In this document: piece after piece, positions 26,071 to 33,723 of the stretch
Numbering within the stretch: the first letter of the stretch is position 1
Layout: each line of letters begins with the position of its first letter
Virus record (IMG/VR): IMGVR_UViG_3300012943_000187
Span: 1-34,100 of that record
DNA length: 34,100 nucleotides
DNA from: a virus
Taxonomy: Duplodnaviria; Caudoviricetes
Reading direction: 5' to 3' (one strand)
Notes under the pieces: generated by a model
Told to the model about the DNA's origin: nothing
The model's input: the letters and a program-made list of their open reading frames with translations, nothing else
The model's database searches: none
Program-made: the position numbers and the translations under genes

Positions 26071-26217
26071 ATGGGAGAAGCTAAACGTAGAGGTGATTTA
26101 TCTAGGCGCAAAGAAAATCCTAAAGGAGATATTTACAAAGATAAACAGAAGTCAAGGTTTAAGGTTTATATTCCAGAGTTGATTAATAGATTGAGTAAGC
26201 TACCTAAGGATAAGTAA
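26071..26217 (+). CDS. Small basic protein with MGEAKRRG start (48 aa), not in ORF track
   Basis: GAGGAG RBS; TAATG-coupled to next gene. Confidence 0.6.
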   Translation: MGEAKRRGDLSRRKENPKGDIYKDKQKSRFKVYIPELINRLSKLPKDK

Positions 26218-26411
26218 TGAAATTCCTTATAGGATACCCACAAAATCCATTTCTTAAGGAAAGAGCCAACTTAGTTGGTAAGAGATGGATTAGTATTAAA
26301 TGGTATAGATATTATAAGTGGTATAGAGTTGACTGCTATAAAATAATGGATGGATTTATGATACATATAAGTAAGATATCCATTATAGTTAAATATAAAA
26401 AAGAACAATAA
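26217..26411 (+). CDS. AT-rich hypothetical protein
   Basis: 64 aa ORF. Confidence 0.5.
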   Translation: MKFLIGYPQNPFLKERANLVGKRWISIKWYRYYKWYRVDCYKIMDGFMIHISKISIIVKYKKEQ

Positions 26412-26438
26412 TTTAAATATGTCAATATGTTTTATTAC

Positions 26439-26487
26439 TGTCCACTAAATAGGACATATTGACATTCTTAAGCGATTGTGTTATAGT
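26439..26487 (+). promoter_or_regulatory. Operator + sigma70 promoter
   Basis: TGTCCACTAAATAGGACA, then TTGACA-17 bp-TATAGT with TG extended -10; also 12-bp IR ATGTCAATATGT (26419-26430)/ACATATTGACAT (26454-26465). Confidence 0.75.
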
Positions 26488-26505
26488 GTTGCTTGGAGCT
26501 GAAAA

Positions 26506-26682
26506 ATGATTAATCCTAAAGCGATTAAGGGTATGTATTATGCTCTTAAAGTTATGGTAGTAGAGCTTATAGCTATCTATCTGTTTAAGATTATCGATAA
26601 GCTAGAGGCTTCATCTGCTCATGGTCAAGATAAGATTAAGCAGATTAAGTATGAGCTTGGCCTTAGAATTAACGAGAAGTAA
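26506..26682 (+). CDS. Small hypothetical protein (58 aa), not in ORF track
   Basis: GGAG RBS; MINPKAIKGMYYALK... Confidence 0.6.
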   Translation: MINPKAIKGMYYALKVMVVELIAIYLFKIIDKLEASSAHGQDKIKQIKYELGLRINEK

Positions 26683-26684
26683 TC

Positions 26685-28412
26685 ATGATGCTCCATTGCC
26701 CATTCTGCGATAATCCACAAGAGGTAATTAAAGAAATTGGTAAGATGCGACGTCTTGCCTGTAAACATCTTGTGGTTTATAATCCTGATTTGGTTATTGA
26801 TGAGCCAACGAAGGATATCGAATTGAGTCTAGTTGAAGATAATAAAATACTAGATTCAACAGACCAAATCTATCTAGACATTATCCAAACAGACCCATTC
26901 AAAGAATCATTTACCAATTCCAAAACAGGAGATAAACCTTATCCTTTCCAATGGGAAGGTATAGAATTTATCGAATCTTCAGGATTCCGTTGTCTTATCG
27001 CGGATGAGATGGGACTTGGTAAAACTATCCAGGCATTAGGTGGTCTGGCTAAATTTAAAGAGAAGTTCTTCCCGTGTTTGATTATCGTTAAATCTAAACT
27101 TAAAACTCAGTGGATGGTGCAGCTCCTTAATTGGTGTGGATTGGATTTTATTCCACAGATTATTATGGATGGTAAGCTGCCACCGGTTCCGGGTTTTGAT
27201 GTTTATATCTGTTCATACGATATCATCCGGAAATTCTCTAAGGATAAGACTGAGAAAGTTAAATCTAAGTGGGGTCATGAATATACCCAAGTAACAACTG
27301 AGAATCCATTTTATTCATTCGGGTTCAAAGGTATTATCATGGATGAGGTTCAATCTATTAAAGGTGAATCTCGTAGGACAATGGAAGTAGAGAATGTATG
27401 TAAGCAGGCTGAACATATCGTAGCATTATCAGGAACTCCGATTAAGAATAATGCCGATGAGTTCTATCCGATTCTACATATCCTTAAGCCTGTTATCTTC
27501 CCAGATAGAGATACATTCCGTAAGAATTGGGTAGCTATTGATGAATCATCTGGCTATCCTAAGTTTGCTGGTATTAAACATTGGAGACTAGATGATTGGG
27601 AAAGACTTACTGAGTCATTCATTCTCCGTAGGACTAGAGAACAGGTTAAAGATCAAATTGGTCTAACAGTTACTAAGGCTAATCGAATCTTCCATTTTGT
27701 AGACTTTGATAATCCTAAGACTAAAGCTGCATATATGAAAGAAGAAGCTGAGTTTATCCGGCTTATGGAAGATGACACTAAGAAAAAGAATCCAACTGAG
27801 ATTATTGCCAGGCTATCAGTAGCTAGGCATATCATTGGAATTACAAAGATTCCAGCTATTGTAGAATATGCTGAGGAATTCTTACTTGAGACTGGTAAGC
27901 CACTACTAATTCTTACACATCATCAAGATGTATCAGAAGCTGTAGTTGCATTACTCTCTAAAGTATGTGCAGATGGTGGTTATGATTTACCTTTGTATTT
28001 CAAGGCTGGTCTTAGTGACGTAGAGTCTAATGAAATCATAACTAAAGCAGTTAATGGTAATATGCCATTCCTAATTGGTTCTACTCTAGCAATGGGAGAA
28101 GGAGTTGATAGGTTACAGCATAGATTCCATACAATGATGATTGCTGAAAGACAATGGAATCCTGCTAATGAAGAACAGGCTGAGAGTAGACTAGTTAGAA
28201 TTGGACAGAAGAATGATTATGTAGATTGTATCTATCCAATTGTCGCTGGTTCTATCGACGAATGGTTTACTGAATTAGTTGAAGCCAAGCGTAGGATTAT
28301 GAAGCAGACACTGGATAAGACGATTACTACAATCGATGACCATGATTTGCTTAAATCTCTATATGAAGCAGTAGTATCTAAGGGTAGGAAAAAGACTGCG
28401 AGAGGATTTTGA
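26685..28412 (+). CDS. SNF2-family (SMARCAL1/HARP-like) helicase/translocase
   Basis: PYPFQ, LIADEMGLGKTIQ, IIMDEVQ, ALSGTPIKN, WNPANEEQAESRLVRIGQ; N-terminal CPFC..C.H. Confidence 0.92.
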   Translation: MMLHCPFCDNPQEVIKEIGKMRRLACKHLVVYNPDLVIDEPTKDIELSLVEDNKILDSTDQIYLDIIQTDPFKESFTNSKTGDKPYPFQWEGIEFIESSGFRCLIADEMGLGKTIQALGGLAKFKEKFFPCLIIVKSKLKTQWMVQLLNWCGLDFIPQIIMDGKLPPVPGFDVYICSYDIIRKFSKDKTEKVKSKWGHEYTQVTTENPFYSFGFKGIIMDEVQSIKGESRRTMEVENVCKQAEHIVALSGTPIKNNADEFYPILHILKPVIFPDRDTFRKNWVAIDESSGYPKFAGIKHWRLDDWERLTESFILRRTREQVKDQIGLTVTKANRIFHFVDFDNPKTKAAYMKEEAEFIRLMEDDTKKKNPTEIIARLSVARHIIGITKIPAIVEYAEEFLLETGKPLLILTHHQDVSEAVVALLSKVCADGGYDLPLYFKAGLSDVESNEIITKAVNGNMPFLIGSTLAMGEGVDRLQHRFHTMMIAERQWNPANEEQAESRLVRIGQKNDYVDCIYPIVAGSIDEWFTELVEAKRRIMKQTLDKTITTIDDHDLLKSLYEAVVSKGRKKTARGF

Positions 28413-28660
28413 TGCCTGAGCATAAAACAAGAATCATTGATAGAATCCAGCCACTAACGGATTATGAGAAAGAGAATCTGTATCTATCAACAGTAGAGCA
28501 TTGGAAGAATAACACTATTCCAATTATCGAAAGAGCTATTAGGTTTAACGAGAAGCTATTAGAATCTTGTCAGTGGAGATTGAAAGCATTAAGAGATTTG
28601 CTTAAGGATAAACAAAATGAAAAGCCCGATAGAAAGAGCCTTGCTGCTGGTAGAGATTAA
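28409..28660 (+). CDS. Hypothetical protein
   Basis: 83 aa ORF, GAGG RBS. Confidence 0.55.
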   Translation: MMPEHKTRIIDRIQPLTDYEKENLYLSTVEHWKNNTIPIIERAIRFNEKLLESCQWRLKALRDLLKDKQNEKPDRKSLAAGRD

Positions 28661-28886
28661 TAATGAGTATCAAAAGATGTTGGCTGATTATGCTAGGATA
28701 TTAGATATGCTTACTAGTCATGGATGTATTAGCCAAGTTATTCTAGAGAGATACTCGGCCAATGCAAGTATTGGAATGGCTAAAACCAGGCAACTATTCA
28801 AGGAGCTAAACAATGATAATTCACATCCATCTGACAGTAAAGACAAAAGAGGGTCTAAGACCAATTCATCTGGAGTTACACACTAA
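28617..28886 (+). CDS. Hypothetical protein
   Basis: 89 aa ORF, AAGGA RBS. Confidence 0.55.
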   Translation: MKSPIERALLLVEINNEYQKMLADYARILDMLTSHGCISQVILERYSANASIGMAKTRQLFKELNNDNSHPSDSKDKRGSKTNSSGVTH

Positions 28887-29007
28887 AGATGTAGATGGTC
28901 ACTCTTATATTACAGATCATAATTTAGAGTTTACTCTTAAGGAAGCAATTAAGAATGCTATATTAAGTGAGGATATGTATATCGAGGATAGCTACGGGAA
29001 TGTTTAA
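28813..29007 (+). CDS. Hypothetical protein
   Basis: 64 aa ORF, AAGGAG RBS. Confidence 0.6.
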   Translation: MIIHIHLTVKTKEGLRPIHLELHTKDVDGHSYITDHNLEFTLKEAIKNAILSEDMYIEDSYGNV

Positions 29008-29272
29008 GACAAAGACATTTTATGTTATAGTAAATGAGGATAAGGTTGACGTAAGATACTTCAGGTCATATCGTGGTAAGAGTAAGAATGGAGAGTTCTT
29101 ATTTACTTATGATATCTATCAGGCATTACAGTTATCTGATGCTGTCTCAGCGATTAAGGTAATAGAGAACTATAAGATTAGTGGTTATGTAATTAGAGTT
29201 GAGGCATCGATAGAGACATCACAAGTATCGAAAGTTTATCGCTATGAAAAAACTAACGCCAAAGATAATTGA
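29000..29272 (+). CDS. Hypothetical protein
   Basis: Start moved to MFKTK; 90 aa. Confidence 0.55.
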   Translation: MFKTKTFYVIVNEDKVDVRYFRSYRGKSKNGEFLFTYDIYQALQLSDAVSAIKVIENYKISGYVIRVEASIETSQVSKVYRYEKTNAKDN

Positions 29273-29564
29273 GATTTGGGTTCATAAGTCTAAGCGTAAT
29301 CCCAGGCTTGGTTATGCTGTAGCTCTACTCTTTCCATGTAATCATAACAAGTATCTTGGGATTACTTTGTATAAAGGAGATCCAGAATCTAGATCATATC
29401 GAACACAAGATGCAAGAATTATCCGATTTGAAGATTATGAAGTAATGGATAAGGAAGCCTGTAAGCTTTGTCCACATAATGATGAGGTTATGTGGCTGGA
29501 TAGTCTACCTCATGCTGACCTTGAGGCTATGGCAGACGTAGCAGAGGCGATAGATAATGATTGA
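29244..29564 (+). CDS. Hypothetical protein, possible Zn-binding
   Basis: 106 aa; CNH..CKLC. Confidence 0.6.
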   Translation: MKKLTPKIIEIWVHKSKRNPRLGYAVALLFPCNHNKYLGITLYKGDPESRSYRTQDARIIRFEDYEVMDKEACKLCPHNDEVMWLDSLPHADLEAMADVAEAIDND

Positions 29565-29567
29565 TTC

Positions 29568-29615
29568 TGTCCTATTCTGAGGACAGTTGACATCTTTATT
29601 TGCCCGTGCTATGAT
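29568..29615 (+). promoter_or_regulatory. Operator + sigma70 promoter
   Basis: TGTCCTATTCTGAGGACA, then TTGACA-17 bp-TATGAT with TG extended -10. Confidence 0.78.
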
Positions 29616-29687
29616 GTCCACATTGTTGGGGAGTCCTAACAACGAACTCTAACCGGCCTACGGGCCACATTTGAATGGATAAAGAAA

Positions 29688-30221
29688 ATGGCTTTTACAT
29701 TGGTTCCTGTTACTAAGAATACCCGTGGTCTTAACTCGCGTGAGATTACTTACATGGCAGTCGGTAAGTATGAGACTAAAACTGTTGAGCGCGAGTCTAA
29801 GCCGCTCTTTAAGGAAGATGGTTCGCCTGATTTGGATGAGAAGGGTAATCAGAAGCGCGAACCGCTTGGTAAGGATGCGGAAGGTAAGCAGCTTACTTTT
29901 AAAGAGGAAGTTAAGGAGTTTAAGACTGACGGAGTTCTTACTGATGTTGGAGATGCTATGGAGCTTGTCAATGGTGACGAGCAGGTTTTCCTTGACTGCT
30001 TTGTTGAAGGATTTAATGCTCGCCAGTATGAGCTTGAGGCATCTAAGGATGAACTGGATGAGATTTTCCGTTCATTGAATGCTAGTGAGGATGTTCTTAA
30101 GACTCTCAAGCGTGCGGCTAATGCTGTCGCTAAGGCACTCGGTATGTCTAACACTGAAGGTGCTGAGCTTGTTAAGTCTAAGTATGAGGCTAAGCTGGCG
30201 GCTGCGACTGCTAGTGCTTAA
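29688..30221 (+). CDS. Probably highly expressed hypothetical protein
   Basis: 177 aa; own promoter; strongly biased codons (AAG, GAG, GCT, CTT). Confidence 0.8.
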   Translation: MAFTLVPVTKNTRGLNSREITYMAVGKYETKTVERESKPLFKEDGSPDLDEKGNQKREPLGKDAEGKQLTFKEEVKEFKTDGVLTDVGDAMELVNGDEQVFLDCFVEGFNARQYELEASKDELDEIFRSLNASEDVLKTLKRAANAVAKALGMSNTEGAELVKSKYEAKLAAATASA

Positions 30222-30230
30222 TTAGTTAAC

Positions 30231-30770
30231 GGACTCATAGCAGTATAGTCCTTAAACTTCCCTGCTATTCTACATAGCTCAACTGGCAATCTGACGCTAT
30301 GGTCTTATTAACGATTGCCCGGTTGATGTTTATTCAGATAATCCATACATGGTATGGGAATAAACTTACGATAACTCATGACAGATACCTTAAGTCTGTC
30401 GCTATTAAATAAAGATTGACTCTTAATAAAGAACTGCGCTAACCCCGACGGTAACTGGACTATCTGATTAAACTTAACCTGAAATGGTTTCTTTTAATCC
30501 ATAGAAATATCGGGGAAAGAACGAAACCCAGTATTAAGAGTCATATGGTTTTTCCGGCTTTTCCCATCTTAAGGAAATAAAAGCCGGGCGCCATTATTTT
30601 TGTTGCTTTGAATATGAAAGCAACCGTAGGCTAGTTGCTGTATACGATAACTACAGTTAGGTTTATACCATACCGAACCCTAATCAGGTATACGTGCTTT
30701 AGCGAAGCTGAGTTTACACGTAAAACAAACTCACTACAATGGCCTTACTTATTTTATGATAGGTAAGGCC
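30231..30770 (+). ncRNA. Putative structured ncRNA(s): pseudoknot plus chain of hairpins
   Basis: ~540 bp without a credible ORF; H-type pseudoknot 30231-30268 and at least 8 stem-loops incl. 12-bp closing stem 30417-30428/30532-30543. Confidence 0.55.
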
Positions 30771-30791
30771 GTTATTATTTTAAGGAGATTT

Positions 30792-31097
30792 ATGGGTGGT
30801 AAGAGTTATTTTCATTTATACCCTAGTTATTTAATGGCTAAACGTAAGTTTGAGGGGTTCTTTCCAGATAAATTAGTTAGTAAAAATTACTCTAGAATGA
30901 GGGCTGATTTAGATAATGGAGATATGCACTATTTTGGATATATAGTTACCTTAGAGGATTGTGCTAAATTCTATGGCTTACAATTTGATGAAATAGATAT
31001 TCATCCAAATATTAATCCTAAATTAGCAGAGTGGTTTAGAACCAGACTTAAGTCTAGTATCTTTAACAGACTAGAACCACCTAAAGGAGATTTATGA
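30792..31097 (+). CDS. Hypothetical protein, direct-repeat flanked
   Basis: Start at MGGKSY; AAGGAGATTTATG at both ends. Confidence 0.65.
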   Translation: MGGKSYFHLYPSYLMAKRKFEGFFPDKLVSKNYSRMRADLDNGDMHYFGYIVTLEDCAKFYGLQFDEIDIHPNINPKLAEWFRTRLKSSIFNRLEPPKGDL

Positions 31098-31222
31098 CAG
31101 AATACCAAGCCAAGATATTTAAGCTGTTAATTAAGTTAGTCCTCATTCTAGCTTGGGGACATAGAGATCAAGAAGTATTAGAAATTAAACGAGAACTTTA
31201 CATATACTTGGAGAGTAACTAA
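31094..31222 (+). CDS. Small hypothetical protein (42 aa), not in ORF track
   Basis: AAGGAG RBS; MTEYQAKIFKLLIKLVLILAWG...; TAATG coupling. Confidence 0.6.
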   Translation: MTEYQAKIFKLLIKLVLILAWGHRDQEVLEIKRELYIYLESN

Positions 31223-31548
31223 TGTTTGGTATGCAGCAGCTTGATAAGTGTGACATTTGTAATACACCAGACTCTGGTAAGTGTGATACTCTTGGCTGGT
31301 TTCATTATCATGTTTGTCATGATTGTAATTCCTATGTATCTAGTAAGCTAGCATTCAATGACAATTATATTAGGATGAGAGCAGCCATTAATCAGATTGA
31401 GAGATATCAGAATGGTGGAGATATTCAAATCGATCTTATCTATACCTATAAACTTGTTGCTGATTATACACATTCAACTATTAAATTTGTTAAATCATTA
31501 TTTAATACGAGAATGCCAACAGGTAAAACTGACTCTAAAACACATTAA
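31222..31548 (+). CDS. Zinc-finger hypothetical protein
   Basis: 108 aa; CDIC..CHDC. Confidence 0.65.
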   Translation: MFGMQQLDKCDICNTPDSGKCDTLGWFHYHVCHDCNSYVSSKLAFNDNYIRMRAAINQIERYQNGGDIQIDLIYTYKLVADYTHSTIKFVKSLFNTRMPTGKTDSKTH

Positions 31549-31555
31549 TTAAATT

Positions 31556-31745
31556 CTCTCGCGCCCCCGTTACCTTGCTATACAGGTATGGCCGGGAGTT
31601 GCCGTAAGGATATGCGCCAGAAGGCCCATAGGATTGAATACGCGCCTTGCCAGACAACGAACGATTGCAGGGTAGACCGTTTACATGGTTCGTCCTACAA
31701 TCGTTCGTCCTAGGGCATCCTAGCGGTTCGTCAATATTTTGACAC
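31556..31745. other. GC-rich intergenic hairpin element
   Basis: ACGAACGATTG (31657-31667)/CAATCGTTCGT (31698-31708) stem plus flanking small hairpins. Confidence 0.55.
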
Positions 31746-31762
31746 TTAGATACTTAAAGCTA

Positions 31763-32035
31763 ATGGCAAAATTAACATATAAAAATCACAACCAATCTAG
31801 TAAGAAAGCAATGAAGAAGATATATGATTGGTGCAGAGAGAATAATTTCTGTGTTAAGTCTGGTTGTAAGAATGAGACATTTAAGTTTCATGTATGTCAA
31901 GAGTGTAGAGCTAAGGCTTCTAAGAAGTATAAGAATAATGGGCGTAAGAGATTAACAAAGAGCCAGCTATCAGCTATTGCCAAAGAGAGGTGGAGAAAGA
32001 TTCATGAATCTAGACTTGCTGAAAAAGCTAGTTAA
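31763..32035 (+). CDS. Basic zinc-finger protein
   Basis: Start at MAKLTYK; CVKSGC..CQEC; K/R-rich. Confidence 0.6.
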   Translation: MAKLTYKNHNQSSKKAMKKIYDWCRENNFCVKSGCKNETFKFHVCQECRAKASKKYKNNGRKRLTKSQLSAIAKERWRKIHESRLAEKAS

Positions 32036-32474
32036 GCTGGCTAATAATAATCCTAATGAACATGAAGCTAACTCTGCCGCTAGGCGAGCTTGTAAATTAA
32101 TTGAGAATGCTGAGTTTAAATTTGTAGCTGATGTTAAACCTAATCCAATTTTTAATCCAAGTCCGGCTCAAGAAGATTTTATTAGGAATACTCAAAGGCC
32201 AGTTAATAATTATTATACACCAGATGCCTGGAGTTGGGTAGATGATTATATAAGGAATGCTAGCCAACGGAGAGAAAAGGCACGAGAAAAGGCACAAGAA
32301 AATAAAGCCAACCTAAAATGTTCCACTTGTGGAAAAGATTTAGATCCATTTTATATAGCTTTTGATTTAAATGTAGAGATTGAATCAGCTCCAGGTGTTA
32401 AACAAACTAAGACTTTATTTTTCTGTAGTAGAAAATGTCGAGGGGAATATGTAGGCTACAGAAAAACCCCTTGA
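32004..32474 (+). CDS. DUF2786-like protein with C-terminal TRASH/YHS-like metal-binding domain
   Basis: LLKKLVKLANNNPNEHEANSAARRACKLI; CSTCGK..FFCSRKC. Confidence 0.7.
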   Translation: MNLDLLKKLVKLANNNPNEHEANSAARRACKLIENAEFKFVADVKPNPIFNPSPAQEDFIRNTQRPVNNYYTPDAWSWVDDYIRNASQRREKAREKAQENKANLKCSTCGKDLDPFYIAFDLNVEIESAPGVKQTKTLFFCSRKCRGEYVGYRKTP

Positions 32475-32499
32475 CACTAGCGTCCAGTCGTGCTATACT
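32471..32499 (+). promoter_or_regulatory. sigma70 promoter for recombination module
   Basis: TTGACA-17 bp-TATACT with TG extended -10. Confidence 0.78.
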
Positions 32500-32516
32500 A
32501 TCTTGGATGAGAGTAT

Positions 32517-33398
32517 ATGTCTGAGCCAAGAATATTAGCGATTGATTCTCAGCAATTAGATGCTATTCAGAAATGCCCGTTCTATACTTATTTAAGTTTC
32601 GTAAAGAACTGGCGTAATAATGAAGGTGCCATGCCATTAGAGCGTGGTGATTTGGGACATTTCTTACTGGAGAATTACTATAACCTTATTAAGAAGGAAG
32701 TTCCTTTTAATGAGGCTGTAGAGTATTGTATTGCTCAAGGTAGAGAGCATTATCAGGACTATCATGTTACTGATCTTGTTACCCTTGAGTGGACAATTAA
32801 GACATTCGTTCAGTATACAGATCATTATCGTAATGATGGGATGTTTATTCATTCAGTTGAACAACCATTCTCTATTGTTATCTATGAGTCTGAAGAACTG
32901 ATCATTCTTTATCAGGGTAAGATTGACTTAGAAGCAACTCTCCCGTTGGTTGGTAAAGTTCCTATCGATCATAAGTGGAGAGCAATGAAAGCTGATTATA
33001 CTCCGCTTGATAATCAGTTTATTGGTTATGCGGTTCATACTGGCGCTGACTTTGTTTATGTTAATGAAGTCGGAATGCAAAAGTCATATGAGCCAGCTAA
33101 GAAATTTCGTAGACTCCCCTTAGTAATTGGAGAGGGTGTTAAAGAGAGATGGATTAAAAATACCATTCAATGGGGTAAGATTCTTGACCATTGTTTGCAG
33201 AATGATAGTTGGCCTCAGTCTCATTTAAAGGTTGCACCAATGGGAATTAGCCAGTGTGGTAAGTGCTCTTTTCAATCTATCTGTAACTCAGAGAATAATG
33301 AAGTAATGAAGATGAAGATTGAAAATGAGTTTCATCTTAAGACACAATGGGATGTCGGGAAAGTTCTAGAGACTCAAGATGACGAAGCATCTACATAA
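32517..33398 (+). CDS. PD-(D/E)XK exonuclease (RecB/Cas4-like)
   Basis: S....I.KCP, RGDLGH, VEQPF, GKIDL..PIDHK, QFIGY, CGKCSFQSIC (Fe-S-type Cys set). Confidence 0.85.
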   Translation: MSEPRILAIDSQQLDAIQKCPFYTYLSFVKNWRNNEGAMPLERGDLGHFLLENYYNLIKKEVPFNEAVEYCIAQGREHYQDYHVTDLVTLEWTIKTFVQYTDHYRNDGMFIHSVEQPFSIVIYESEELIILYQGKIDLEATLPLVGKVPIDHKWRAMKADYTPLDNQFIGYAVHTGADFVYVNEVGMQKSYEPAKKFRRLPLVIGEGVKERWIKNTIQWGKILDHCLQNDSWPQSHLKVAPMGISQCGKCSFQSICNSENNEVMKMKIENEFHLKTQWDVGKVLETQDDEAST

Positions 33399-33723
33399 AT
33401 ATAAGTTAAAGAACCTTAGTAGAGATCCAAAGAAACCACCTTACTGGGTTTACATTTGTATTGATCAAGAGTGTACTCATCATATTCAGTGTGAATTAAC
33501 AGAGGGAAAACTGTCAGCTTGTAATAGGTGTGGTGAATCATTCGTAATGAGAAGGGCAAAGTTATTTACTCCTAATCAAAAGTGGATGGTTCATCCTCAT
33601 TGTGATGATTGCACTAAGGGTAGAGTAGCCAAGAAGAAAAAGGAAGTTAAGGAAAAGCTGGATAAGAAATTAGATTCGTCATTAGATGATTTGCTTTCTG
33701 GTATATTACCTAAAGGTTTGTAA
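33379..33723 (+). CDS. Zinc-binding hypothetical protein
   Basis: 114 aa; HLHKY, CIDQEC, CNRC, CDDC. Confidence 0.65.
   Translation: MTKHLHKYKLKNLSRDPKKPPYWVYICIDQECTHHIQCELTEGKLSACNRCGESFVMRRAKLFTPNQKWMVHPHCDDCTKGRVAKKKKEVKEKLDKKLDSSLDDLLSGILPKGL

Noticed and set aside
29725-30154. Overlapping 117-aa (+) and 101-aa (-) ORFs
   Set aside because: Shadow frames produced by the biased codon usage of the 177-aa gene; no RBS
30231-30770. tRNA, tmRNA or pistol ribozyme
   Set aside because: No T-loop GTTCRA with cloverleaf or CCA acceptor end; the pseudoknot lacks pistol P2/P3 catalytic elements
32517-33398. Cas4 as part of a CRISPR-Cas system
   Set aside because: No other cas genes or array; context next to a Sak4-like ATPase indicates an ordinary phage recombination exonuclease
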